Shown here: piece by piece, positions 1 through 11,690 of the stretch | How the letters are laid out: every line of letters begins with the position of its first letter | Numbering within the stretch: position 1 is the stretch's first letter | Source: Malacoraja senta | Lineage: Eukaryota | Direction: 5' to 3' | DNA: 64,000 bases | Assembly: GCA_038087875.1 (NCBI GenBank) | Contig: CM075988.1 | Location: 1,488,001 to 1,552,000, forward strand | Made by a program: the position numbers and the translations under genes | The notes under the pieces: generated by a model | Told to the model about the DNA's origin: nothing | The model's database searches: none | What the model saw: only the letters and a program-made list of their open reading frames with translations

Positions 1-1267
1 CACCAGTTGCTGGGCGTCTTCTCTGGTGATGCTCTGCCAGGCCTGTATTGCAGCCATCTTTATCTTATGCTTGTTTTGGGGGCTAGCCCCCTTCGGTTTT
101 CTCTTCAGCATATAAAAGGCATGCTCAGTTAGGTTCAGATCGGGTGATTGACTTGGCCACTCAAGAATTGACCATTGTTTAGCTTTGAAAAACTCCTTTG
201 TTGCTTTTGCAATATGTTTGGGATCATTGTCTTGCTGTAGAATGAACCACCGTCCAATGAGTTTTGAGGAATTTGTTTGAACCTGAACAGATAGGATGTG
301 TCTATACACTTCAGAATTCATTATGCTACTACCATCAGCAGTTGTCTCATCAATGAAGATAAGTGAGCCAGTACCTTCGGCAGCCATACATGCCCAGGCC
401 ATAACACCCACACCACCGTGTTTCACAGATGAGGTGGTATGTTTTGGATCTTGAGCAGTTCCTTCTCTCCTCCATACTTTGTCCTTGCCATCACTCTGAT
501 ATAATCGTCGTCTCACCTGTCCACAAGACCTTTTTCTAGAACTGTGGTTGCTCTTTTAAGTACTTCTTGGCAAACTGTGACCTGGCCATCCTATTTTGCG
601 GCTAACCAGTGGTTTGCATCTTGCAGTGTAGTCTCTGTATTTCTGTTCATGCAGTCTTCTGCGGACAATGGTCATTGACAAATCCACACCTGACTCCTGA
701 AGAGTGTTTCTGATCTGTCGGACAGGTGTTTGGGGATTGTTCTTTATTATAGAGAGAATTCTTCTGTCATCAGCTGTGGGGGTCTTCCTTGGCCTCCCAG
801 TCCCTTTGCGATTAGTTCCAATTGAATAATGTTCCAAACAGTTGATTTTGGTAAGCCTAAAGTTTGGCTGATGTCTCTAACAGTTTTATTCTTGTTTCTC
901 ACTCATAATGGCTTCTTTAACTTTCATTGGCACATCTTTGGTCCTCATGTTAATAAACAGCAATAAAAGTTTGCAAAGGTGATGGATAGACTGGAAGAAA
1001 GACTAGGTGCTGAGACCTCTCTTATACCTGCATTAAGGAGGCATTTAAACACACCTGAACGGTTACAAACACCTGTGAAGCCATTTGTCCCAAACATTAT
1101 GGTGCCCTAAAATGGGGGAGGGGGGGGGGGCACATATAAACCTATGTACCTGTAAACCTATGTATAAACACAGCTCTATTATAATATAAACACAAATCTC
1201 AAATTGTGAAGTACAGAGGCAAATAAATAATTGATGGATCTCTGTCCCAAACATTATGGAGGGCACT
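1..1267 (-). mobile_element. Tc1-family (DD34E) DNA transposon, degenerate, running off the window start
   Basis: ORF 556..837 gives the Tc1 HTH region (GRPRKT...RRRLHE). Minus-strand translation of ~120-245 gives QQDNDPKH...WPSQSPDLNLTE with 34 residues between D and E. Terminal sequence TGTCCCAAACATTATGGAGGGCACT at ~1243-1267, with an inner direct repeat at ~1087-1108. Confidence 0.9.
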
Positions 1268-1269
1268 CC

Positions 1270-1630
1270 AAATGCAGCCTAACTGAAGTCTTATAATGCT
1301 GCAACATGACTTCCTGGCTCTTGTACTCGATGCCTGACTAATGAAGGCAAGCATATCATGCAATTTCTTTCTCACTCTATCTTGTTTGTCATTTCAGGGA
1401 TGCTGAGATCCCTCTGTACATTTATCCCACTGTTTGGCCGTTAACCGTACACTCTCCCCTCCAAAAGTACAGCATCTCACACTTGCTCGGATTCAAGTTC
1501 ATTTGCCATTGCTCTGCACATTTCTGTAGCTGGGCTATATCCTTCCGCGTATTTTGACTGCCCTCCATATTGTCTGCGACTTGATCAATTTTGATGTTGT
1601 TTTCAAACTTACTAACCAACCCATTTAAAT
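1270..1630 (-). mobile_element. Degenerate CR1 LINE RT fragment
   Basis: Part of ORF 1422..1826 reads QWQMNLNPSKCEML, similar to the CR1 RT C-terminal region in better copies in this window. Confidence 0.7.
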
Positions 1631-2436
1631 ATGCATCTGAGTTGTTCATTAATAATATAAATACCACTCTTACCTCATCATCTATAATGGAGACAATACC
1701 AATTCTGGGAATATCACCCTGCCTCACAAAACTTTTTATCCACTTGTAAACATACTGACTAATCTGTGCTGCACCCTCTGAAAGACCAACATATATTTTG
1801 CAAAATGTGGTGCCCAGACTGAACACAGCATTCTAGGCATGGTTCATCCAAAGTCTTATGTAACTGTCACATAACATCCACACTGTTGTATTACAGCCCG
1901 TAAAACTAATGATCATCTTTCCATTAGCACTTTGAATAATTGCATGTACTGTCCATTGTTTTTTGTGATTTCTGTTAATGGACGGTTAAATGTCTAAAGC
2001 TTGTGCAGTCTTGCTCAGCATTGAACTGCTCACTGTAACTGACTACCGTGTCATAATATATTGTTCTGCTCAGCAGTTAGTGAATGAGCATTTCCAATAT
2101 TACAGCTGGAGATTGGGGATGCATACTCAAAGACGGGGCAACATACATTGGGAAACCCAGATCTTAATTCCAGAAATACTAAAACCGGAATCAAAGAATG
2201 GTTACAATATAGGCGGCGGCGGTTTGACCCATTGACTCCTTACAGCTCTATGTAACCACATTATTGCTTGATTCACTCCCTGCTCTTCACTTTGTCCTAC
2301 AAGTTCTTTCCTTTCAGATATCCTTCCAGATGACGAATAAAATTGACTTTACTTTGACTTTGAGATACCTACACTGCTCACTTTTGAATTAAAAAAAAAA
2401 TCAAAAGAAATTTTATTCAAGTAAAAAACATGTACA

Positions 2437-2645
2437 AAAGTAGACACAAAATGCTGGAGTAACTCAGCAGGAAAGGCAGCATCTCTGGAGAGAAGGAATG
2501 CGTGATGTTTCGGGTTGAGAAGGGTCTCGACCCGAAACCTCACGCATTACTTCTCTCCAGAGATGCTGTCTGTCCCGCTGAGTTACTCCAGCATTTTGTG
2601 TCTACTTTCGAGTTAAACCAGCATCTGCAGTTCTTTCCTACACAA
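2437..2645. repeat. Palindromic Penelope-terminus-derived repeat (two inverted arms)
   Basis: Left arm AAAGTAGACACAAAATGCTGGAGTAACTCAGC (from 2437) and its reverse complement ending 2608. Centre GGGTCTCGACCCGAAAC resembles the end of the Penelope element at 50260-50360. Confidence 0.8.
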
Positions 2646-3429
2646 AAATATATAATACAGGAACTGTGCAAAAAAAATCTCCGACATTCTCGGAGGCTAT
2701 ACATACGTTCAATTCATAGTTACGTAGAGTTTGCACAAATTTATCCCTGTACCTTTGCCACTCAGCACGTACTCCTGCAGTCTGAAGTGGGCCAGTCGGC
2801 AACATTCCCTGCTCACTTTTGAATACTGCAGTTGAAGCTGCCTCCATTGCTGCCCCTGGCAGTGCTTTGCATAACCCTAAGTGCAGCAAAGGAGGAGGCC
2901 ATTCAGCCCATTATATGTGTGCCAACAGTCTTTTGGCGCAACTTGTTAGTTCCTGCCTCTCCATTGCCTTGCATACTTTTCTTCAATATATAGTTATCCA
3001 ATTCTCTTTTGAGAAAGGAGTGGATCCTGCCTCCGTAACATCTGGAACAGATTCCAGCCACAAAACCACGAGTTGTGTAAAAATAAACATTTTGATGTGA
3101 CACACTTCATTCTTGCACTCTTTATATAGATGACCTCTAACCCGTGGCCCCTTCATTCAAAGCAACAGCTTTCCACAATTTACTTCCGACTACATTTTCA
3201 ACATGTATCAAATCTCTTCTCAGTCTTCGCATGAGGAAAAAGTACTATTCCAGCATATCTCATAGCTGTAGTTCCCCATTCCAGAAACCATCCCTGGACA
3301 CTCTCTAATGCTATTTTATCCTTACTGTACTGTGGTGACCAGAATTGAATACTTTGATAGACTCTTTGTTAAAAAGGCTCTGAATTGTGTATAACATATC
3401 AACTGCTTTCTCATTCTACTCTGCCACTT

Positions 3430-6040
3430 TCAATGATCAACGCACGCACGCGTGCATGGTCTCAGGCAGTCAGGTCTGGGAATATAAATGCACAAAACAT
3501 TGCTCCTCTTACTCGGAGCCACCTCACGGACAGCATGGATGACGGTGCGGGACAACGCATCCGCAACCAGGTTGCCCTTCCCCACATGTGCCGGACGCAA
3601 GTTGTGTATTCCGACACGTAAGCCAAATGGCGCTGCTGCCGTGCTGACCAGGGATCTGAGATCTTTGCAAAAGTGAAAGTGAGAGGCTTGTGATCCGTGA
3701 AAACGGTAAACTCCCTGCCCTCGAGATCCGTGAAAGCGGTAAACTCCCTGCTCCCGATCAAACGCACTGTACTTCCGCTCAGCCGGGCTCAGGTGTCGAC
3801 TGAGAAAGGTGAGAGGCTGCCAGCGTCCATCTATCAACTGCTCGAGTATGCCCCCAACAGCAGTGTCAGAAGCATCAACCGTCAGAGCAGTCGGAGCATC
3901 AACTTGAGGATGGACTAACATCGTCTCCTTCGCCAGCGCCTCCTCTCAAAAACGCAGCCCTGGCCTCATCGTCCCACACCAGGTCACACCGCCTGCTGGA
4001 CATGAAGCTAAACAGCGGCTGCACAATCCGAGCAGGCGCGGTGCACAAAACAATGGTAAAAATTGACCATCCCGACAAACTCCTGCAGGCCACGCACCGT
4101 GGATGGTCGAGGTAAATGCCGAATGACATCAACCTTATTCGGGAGCGGCACCACCCTCTGTGGTGCAACATGATGCCCAGAAAAGTGATAGAACACAGAC
4201 AAAAAAGACACTTTGATGAGTTTGATATTCACTGAGACACTGTCACAGCAAACGGATGTGGGCGCTGTGCTCCTGACTAGAGCGACTGGCGACGAGGATA
4301 TCGTCCAAGTAAATAAATAAAAAGTCCAAACCACAACCCACCATGTCCATTAGGCGCTGGAAAGCCGGTGCGGCGTTCTTAAGACCGAAAGGCATACGTA
4401 TGAACTAGAACAGCCAAAAAAGAGTATTGATAGCCGTTTTGGGGACATCAACCAAATGAACTGGAATCTGATGATAACCTTTCACCAGGTCGATCTTTGA
4501 AATAAATTTGGCCCCATTCAAATGGGCCGTGAATATGTCCTGGATAATCCTGGATATGTGGAACAGGATGTCGATCAGCCACCGTGACATAATTTAAAAC
4601 CCCATCTCCTCCATTTGGCAGAACGGTATGCCCGAGCATGCAGTGGTGGTCCGGTGGTAATAATATGATGTAAAACCCCATGTTTTGATGCACCTGACTG
4701 AAACTGAGGGGACAGAATGGCAGGAAACTCCGCCAATATCTGAGCGTATATATTGTCAACAGCAGAAACCGGGTCGAGGCGAGGCAGAGGAACTGTTGCG
4801 GGATGAAGAGAAATAGTTCCAGAATGTACGGGCCGGTGTCTACGCACATCAACTAACAGGGATTATGCCCGTAGAAAATTGGCGCCCAGCAATGGTTGGG
4901 ACACGTCGGCCACAGTGAAAGTCCATGTAAAATGGCAGGAGCCGAAAATAAGCGGGACCGTGCGAAAACCATAGGTATGGATGGGGCTGCCGTTAACTGC
5001 AGTAAGTACAGGCCCCTGCTTACCTGATCGAGTGTCGACGCCCGCTGGTGGCAAAATGCTGACCTCGGCACCTGTGTCCACCAGAAGTCACCGTCCCGAA
5101 AGACGGTCCCAGGCGTAGAGGCGATTCTTGCGGCCGCAGCGTTTGCCGGATACGAGCAGGGCGGGAGGTTTTGTTGGGCCACAGTGTTTCCCGGATACGA
5201 GCTGAGCTGACGGCATTGGTGGGCTGCAGGACCCCAGCATTGGTAGTAGTAGCACCACCTACCTCTACCCACGTCACTCGATACGGGCTTTCAGGTGGAA
5301 CCCTCAACTGATACTGGAAATGGCCGCGGGCTGCATCACGGCCCCGCCGACACCCGACCGATGGAAAAGGCACCCTGCTATTTGGCCTCCCACAGCTCGT
5401 TCACATGTTCAATCAGCTGCAGCGGGTCAGTAAATTCGTCACCCGCGAGGAGCAGGCGGATGTTCTCGGGCATCTGCTCCAGGAATACGTGCTTGAAAAG
5501 GAAACAGGGCTGATGACTGGCCATCAAGGTAAGCATTTCGCTCATCAGAACCGTTGTCTTGCAGTCACCGAGACCGCCCTTGCTCAGAATCCTCACAGCC
5601 CGCTCGCGCTCGCTGGGCCCGAAAGTGCACATAAGGAGCGCCTTAAGGCCATGATACTTTCCAGCAGCCAGCGGTTGGCGAAGAAAATGAACGAGATGAC
5701 CGGCCGTGTCCTGATCCAAAGCCCCGACCACGTAATAGTATTTTGTGTCGTCAGCAGTAATATGCTGCATATGAAATTGAGCCTGCTCAAACCATACGTG
5801 CGGCTGTGACATCCAAAACACGGGTAATTTAACCGCAACGGCGTTTTGCTGAGCCAGAGGGCCGACTGCATCGGGCGGGCTGTTATCTGCTTGCATTTTG
5901 CTTATCTGCTTGCTTTTCCAAAACCACAGTTTGGAAAACGTCAACACCAATTTAGCACAATAAAGCGAATTGTAAACTCCAGAGAAAGCTTTATTAAATA
6001 CGAAGGAACTTCAAAACATTAGCGGTGTGCCTGAGCTCAG
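3430..6040 (-). mobile_element. Gypsy LTR retrotransposon remnant (gag, protease, RT, RNase H; frameshifted)
   Basis: gag-like 5378..5950 (VKLPVFW...PHVWF), protease DTGAEVSILP (4863..5081), RT SKIDLVKGYHQIPV (4405..4590), RNase H TVDASDTAVGGILEQ...YSAFDRE and FTDHKPL. Confidence 0.92.
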
Positions 6041-6119
6041 AATTCCACAGATTAACAACTCTCTGGGTGAAGAAGTTTTTCCTCATCTCAGTCCTAAATG
6101 GCCAACCCCTTATTCTATT

Positions 6120-8230
6120 GAAGACAGGAACAGGGAGATAAGGGATCTGAATGTGTGGCTGGGAGGCTGGATCAGGGAGCAAGGATTTAGATTTATAGAC
6201 CACTGGGATCTCTTCTGGGGTTGGGGCGACCTGTACAAAAGGGACGGGTTACACCTAAGCTGGAGAGGGACCGACATTCTGGCAGGCAGGTTTGCTAGGG
6301 CTACACGTGTGGGTTTAAACTAAATAGTGGGGGGGAGGGATTGACAAATTGGGAGTATAAAGATGGAGTTGAAGGGGAAATGACTACAGGAAAAATTACA
6401 AAAGATTCTCAAATAATGGGAAGGAAAGCTCGAGAATGGACAACAGAGTAAGGTCAGGTAGACAAAAGTGCTGGAGAAACTCAGCAGGTGCAGCAGCATC
6501 TATCGAGCGAAGGAAATAGGCAACGTTTTGGGCCGAAACACTTCTTCAGACTGAGGGTAAGGTCAGGGCCAATTGCGAGCGGTGCGAGGGCGGAAGTGAA
6601 TACAGAGGTCAAAGTGCTGTATATGAATGCGCGAAGTATAAGGAATAAAGTGGACGAGCTTGAGGCTCAGTTAGAAACTGGCAAGTATGATGTTGTGGGA
6701 ATTACTGAGACATGGCTGCAAGAGGGCCAGGGCTGGGAACTGAATATTTAAGGGTATACCTCCTATCGAAAAGCCAGAAAGGTGGGCAGAGGGGGTGGGG
6801 TTGCCCTGTTGGTGAGGAATGAAATCCAGTCCCTTGCAAGGGGTGACATTGAAACAGGAGATGTGGAGTCAGTATGGATAGAACTAAGGAACTGTAAGGG
6901 TAAAAAGACCCAAATGGGACTAATCTACAGGCTTGGACATAGGGCGCAAGTTGAATCAGGAGTTAAAATTGGCATGTAGCAAAAGTAATGCTGTATTTGT
7001 TATGGGAGATTTCAACATGCAGGTAGACTGGGAAAATCAGGTTGGTACTGGACCCCAAGAAAGGGACTTTGTAGAGTGCCTTCGTGATGGATTCTTAAAA
7101 CAGCTTGTATTGGAGCCTACCAGAAAGAAGGCAATTCTGGATTTAGTGTTATGTAATGAACCTGATTTGATAAAGGACCTCGAGGTTAATGAGCCATTAG
7201 GAGGCAGTGACCATAACATGGACATATTTAATCTACAATTGGAGAGGGAGAAGGGTAGATCAGATGTGTCAGTGTTGCAGTTGAATAAAGGGGACTATGG
7301 GGCCATGAGGGAGGAGCTGGCCAAAGTTCACTGGAAAAATACACTAGCAGGGATGACAGTGGAACAAAAATGGCAGGTATTTCTAGGAATAATACAGAAG
7401 GTGCAGGATCAGTTCATTCCTAGGAGCAAGAAAGATTCTAAGGGGAGAAAGGGACGACCATGGCTGACAAGGGACGTCAGGGACAGTTTAAAAATTAAAG
7501 CGAAGAAGTATAACACAGCAAAGATGAGCGGGAAGCAAGAGGATTGGGTAATGTTTAAAGAACAACAGAAGATAATCAAAAAGACAATACAGAAAGAAAA
7601 GATGAGGTACGAAGGTAAGCTAGCCAAGAATATAAAGCAGGATAGTAAAAGCTTCTTTGGGTATGTGAAGAGGAAAACATTAGATAAGACCAAAGTTGGA
7701 CCCTTGAAGACTGAAAAAGGTGAATTTATTATGGGGAACAAGGAAATGGCAGATAAGTTGAACAGGTACTTTGGATCTGGCTTCACTAAGGAGGACAGAA
7801 ACAATCTTCCTGATATAGTAGTGGCCAGAGGATCTGGGGTGACGGAGGAACTGAAGGAAATCCACATTAGGCAGGAAATGGTGTTGGATAGACTGATGGG
7901 ACTGAAGGCTGATAAATCCCCAGGGCCTGATGGTCTGCACCCGAGGGTACTTAAGGAAGTGGCTCTAGAAATCGTGGATGCATTGGTGGTAATTTTCCAA
8001 TGTTCTATAGACTCAGGATCAGTTCCTGTGGATTGGAGGGTAGCTAATGTTATCTCACTTTTTAAGAAAGGTGGGAGAGAGAAAACAGGGAATTATAGAC
8101 CAGTTAGTCTGACATCGGTGGTGGGGAAGATGCTGGAGTCAATTATAAAAGATGAGATAGCCGAACATTTGGATAGCAGTAACAGGATGGATTTGGGTCC
8201 GAGTCAGCATGGATTTACGAAGGGGAAATT
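6120..8230 (+). mobile_element. CR1 LINE: end of esterase-type ORF1 plus ORF2 endonuclease and RT start
   Basis: 6027..6323 FIDHWDLFW...DGLHL (SGNH-esterase-like). ORF2 motifs YMNARSIRNK, ITETW, GDFN, SDHN, KSPGPDG, NYRPVSLTS. Internal stop and frameshift. Confidence 0.93.
6459..6553 (-). mobile_element. ~95-bp Penelope-terminus insertion with degenerate hammerhead core and TSD
   Basis: Flanked by GTAAGGTCAGG at 6448-6458 and 6557-6567 (extends to 14 bp with one mismatch). Minus strand begins CAGTCTGAAGAAGTGTTTCGGCCCAAAACGTT. Confidence 0.8.
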
Positions 8231-9610
8231 GCTCCTCAACTCAAATCCTCTCGCAATGAAGGCAAAATGCCATTAGCTTTCTTCACTGCCTGCTGTACCT
8301 GCATGCTTACTTTCAGTGACTGATGTACAAGGACACCCAGGTCTTGTTGCACCTCCCCTTTTCCTAATCTGACACCATTCAGATAATAATCTGCCTTCCT
8401 GTTCTTGCCACTAAAGTGGATAACCTCACATTATCCACATTATGCTGCATCAGTATAAGGGCCAGGAAGCGAGTAGGCAAGACCATCTCTTACCCCTCTC
8501 ACCCTGGCCACAAACTCTTTGAATCACTTCCCTCTGGAAGGCGACTCCGGACTGTCAAAGCTGCCACAGCCAGAAATAAAAACAGTTTTTATCCACGAGT
8601 AGTTGCTCTACTCAACAGCCAAAAATCTGTAGCCTCCCTTTGATTTGATCTGGTATTTTGTTGGTTCACATGCTTAATCAATGGTGTTTTATCATTAATG
8701 TTTTATTATTATTAATGTTTAGTGTTTTCTGAGTCATTCGTAACTGTCACGGTATGTCATGTTGTTACTTGTGGGCGGAGCACCAAGGCAAATTCCTTGT
8801 ATGTGAATACTTGGCCAATAAACTTACTTATCTGTCATGCATCTGCCCACTCACCCAAGTCACCCTGCAGCCTCATAGCATCGTCCTCGGAGCTCATACT
8901 GCCACCCAGCTTTCCGCAAACTTGATGATGTTACATTTAATTCCCTCGTCTAAATCGTTATATTGTAAATAACTGGGGTCCCAGCAGTGAGCTTTGCGGC
9001 ACCCCACTAGTCACTGTCTACCGTTCTGAAAATAACCCGTTAATTCCTACTCTTTGCTTGCTGTCTGCCAACTAGTTCTCTATCCATGTCAATATCCTAC
9101 CCCTAATACCATGTGCTCTAATTTTGCACATTACTCTCTTGTGTGGGACCTTATCAAAGGCTTTAAAAAAAAATTCCAGTGACTCTCTTGTATCATCCAC
9201 TGGCTCTCCCTTATCCATTCTATTTGTTACAGCCTCAAAACATTCTAGAAGATTAGTCAAGCATGATCCTGTCACTGCTTTCCAAATGCGCTGCTATAAC
9301 ATCTTTAACATTCGACTCAAGCATGTTCCCCACTACCGATGTAAGCCTAACTGGTCTATAATTCCCCGTTTGTTTTCTCCCTCCTTTCTTAAAATGTGGG
9401 GTTACATTGGCTACCCTCCAGTTCACAGGAACTGATCCAGAGTCAAGAGAACATTGGAAAATTATCACCAATGCATCTACGATTTCTAGGGCCACCTCTT
9501 TGCGGACTCTGGGATGCAGATCATCATGCCCTGGGAATTTATCTGCCTTCGGTCCCTACAGTTTACCTAACACCATTACCTGACTAATGTGGACTCCCTT
9601 CAGTTCCTCC
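8231..9610 (-). mobile_element. CR1 LINE RT fragment, interrupted by a Rex1-like 3' end
   Basis: ORFs 9253..9495 (ALEIVDAL...NYRPVRLTS) and 9072..9275 (SCLTNLLE...KAFDKVPH). CR1 sequence resumes on both sides of ~8451-8830. Confidence 0.9.
8451..8830 (+). mobile_element. Rex1/Babar-type LINE 3' end
   Basis: PSHPGHKLFESLPSGRRLR...NSFYP, matching the C-terminus of the Rex1 copy at ~59330-59450. Ends AATAAACTTACTTA. Confidence 0.8.
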
Positions 9611-9619
9611 CTTGATCAC

Positions 9620-11690
9620 CTTGTGTACTACAGACACTCAAATAGTCAACAGGAATTAGAAGAACAAATATGCCAGGAGATTGCAGACAGCTGCAGGTCA
9701 AATAAGGTTGTTGTTGTAGTTGGGGATTTTAACTTTCCCAATTTCGTCTGGGAAAATCACAGTGTGAAGGGTTTAAATGGGGTGCAATTCCTCAGAAGTG
9801 CTCAGGAGGGTTTTCTTAAGCAGTATGTAGAGGCCCCCACACGTGAGAGGGCAACACTGGATTTAGTATTGGGAAATTGGGAAGGGCAAGTTAGTGAAGT
9901 GTTTGTGGACGTGCCTTTTGGGAAGTGTGACCACAGTTCGTTTAGGTTTAAGATAGTTATGGATAAGGACGAAGAGGGTCCACATACTAAAATGCTCAAC
10001 TGGGGTAAGGCCAACTTTGAGGGTATGAGAGAGGGTCTCGCTCAAGTTGACTGGAGCAGGTTATTTGATGGGAAAGGAACATCAGCCAAGTGGGATGTTT
10101 TTAAAAGTGTGCTGACAAAAGCTCAGGATATGTATGTCCCCGTTAGAGTGAAGGGCAAAGCAAAGGACAAAGGACATTTATTGTCACGTACACCAATTGG
10201 TGTAGTGAAATTTGACTTGCCATGCAGCACACAAATAAAGATAACATTAAAGAATTTAACAATAAACATAAAAACATCCCCCCACAATGGTTCCCACTGT
10301 GGGGGAAGGCAGCAAAGTCCAGTCCCATCCCCAGTTCACCCATAGTCGGGGCCTATTGAGGCCTCTGCAGTCGCCGATACGGCAGCCCGATGCTTCAGGC
10401 CCTCTCGCCGGATGGTGAAATTCTGGCGTCGGGTAAACACTCTCGGCGGCCCGGAGTGTCTGGAGCGGCCGCTACCTCCCAGGAGACCACGGCTCCCGTA
10501 GTCCACGAGCCGTGCTGGTCGATGCTCCGACTCTGGTGACCTTGTCGTGAGATCCCAGGCACCGCGGTGTTTAAAGCTCAGCGCCGCCCGCGGCTGGAAG
10601 CTCCACAGACCGCAGACCGCAGCTCCGCGATGTTGGATCCGGCGGTCACAGCACTCCGGAGCTTACTGCACGGCGACCCGGGTAAGGCATCGCCCGCTCC
10701 GTGATGGGGTTTCAGCGCTGTGCCGCCGCCGAGGCTGAAGTCCTGGCCGGTCCCGGCAGGAAAACGCCGCTCCAGTCTGCCCGTAGGCCGCGAGGAAGGG
10801 GCGAAGATACGGCTCGGAGAAAAGCCGCATCTCCGACCAGGTAGGTACTGAGAAAATAGTTTCCCCCTTCCCCCCCCCCCCACCCCACCCCTCCCCCCAC
10901 ATAAAAAGACTAAAAGACCTCCAAAACAAACACTTTTAACTAACTAAAAATAAAAAAAGGGTGAAAAGACTAACAGCTGCTGGCAGGGCAGCCTTACTCG
11001 ACGGCGCCCCAGGTGGATTAACGTACCTGGGGCGCAAAAGATGAGGTAAATTGAGGCATTGGTAAAAAACAAGAAGGATGCGTGGGACAGGTATGGGCAG
11101 CTGGGATCAAGTACATCGCTGGAGGAGTTTCGGGAACTAAGGAGTAAACTGAAAAAGGTGACCAGAAGGGCAAAAAGGGGCAGGGGATAGTTCTGGCGTG
11201 TAGCACTAAGGACAATCCCAAAAGATTTTACAATTACATAAGGGGGAAAAGGGTAACTGGAGGGAGAGTGGCACCCTCTCAGGAATCAAAGCGGTCACCT
11301 CTGTGTGGAGCCACCGGAGATAGGCAAGGTCCTCAATAAGTATTTCTCCTCTGTATTTGCCGAAGAGAAAGACAGTAGGACGGAGGAACTTGGGGCTGTC
11401 AGTGGAAGTCGAAGGTGTACTGAAGGTACTACCGTGTATGAAGGTAGACAAATCTCCGAGGCCTGGTCAGATACATCTAAGGACATGGCAGGAAACTAGA
11501 GAGGAAATTGCGGGAGCCCTGGTTGAAATTTGCGAGTCATCCTTAAATACATGAGAGGTGCTGGAAGACTGGATGGCGGCAAATGTTGTGCCTCTTTTCA
11601 AGAAGGGCTGCAGGGAAAAATGCTGCGAACTATAGGCCGATGAGCTTAACATCTGTAGTTGGAAAGTTACTGGAGAGTATTCTGAGGCTT
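9620..11690 (+). mobile_element. CR1 LINE ORF2 fragment split by a GC-rich repeat
   Basis: 9587..10345 GDFNFP...TLDLVL...CDH. After 11010 it resumes with NKYFSSVF, KVDKSPRPG, LTSVVGK. Confidence 0.85.
10166..11009 (-). mobile_element. GC-rich non-autonomous repeat, copy A
   Basis: Shares head (GGCGCC...GGCTGCC...CAGCTG...T-run, G-run), internal AACATCGCGGAGC motif and 3' hairpin with copies at 28763, 30975 and 31710. Tail GACAATAAA(TGTCCTT)n. Confidence 0.7.

Noticed and set aside
6027..6323. Host esterase gene
   Set aside because: It lies directly upstream of CR1 ORF2 here and at ~34490-34640, as expected for CR1 ORF1.
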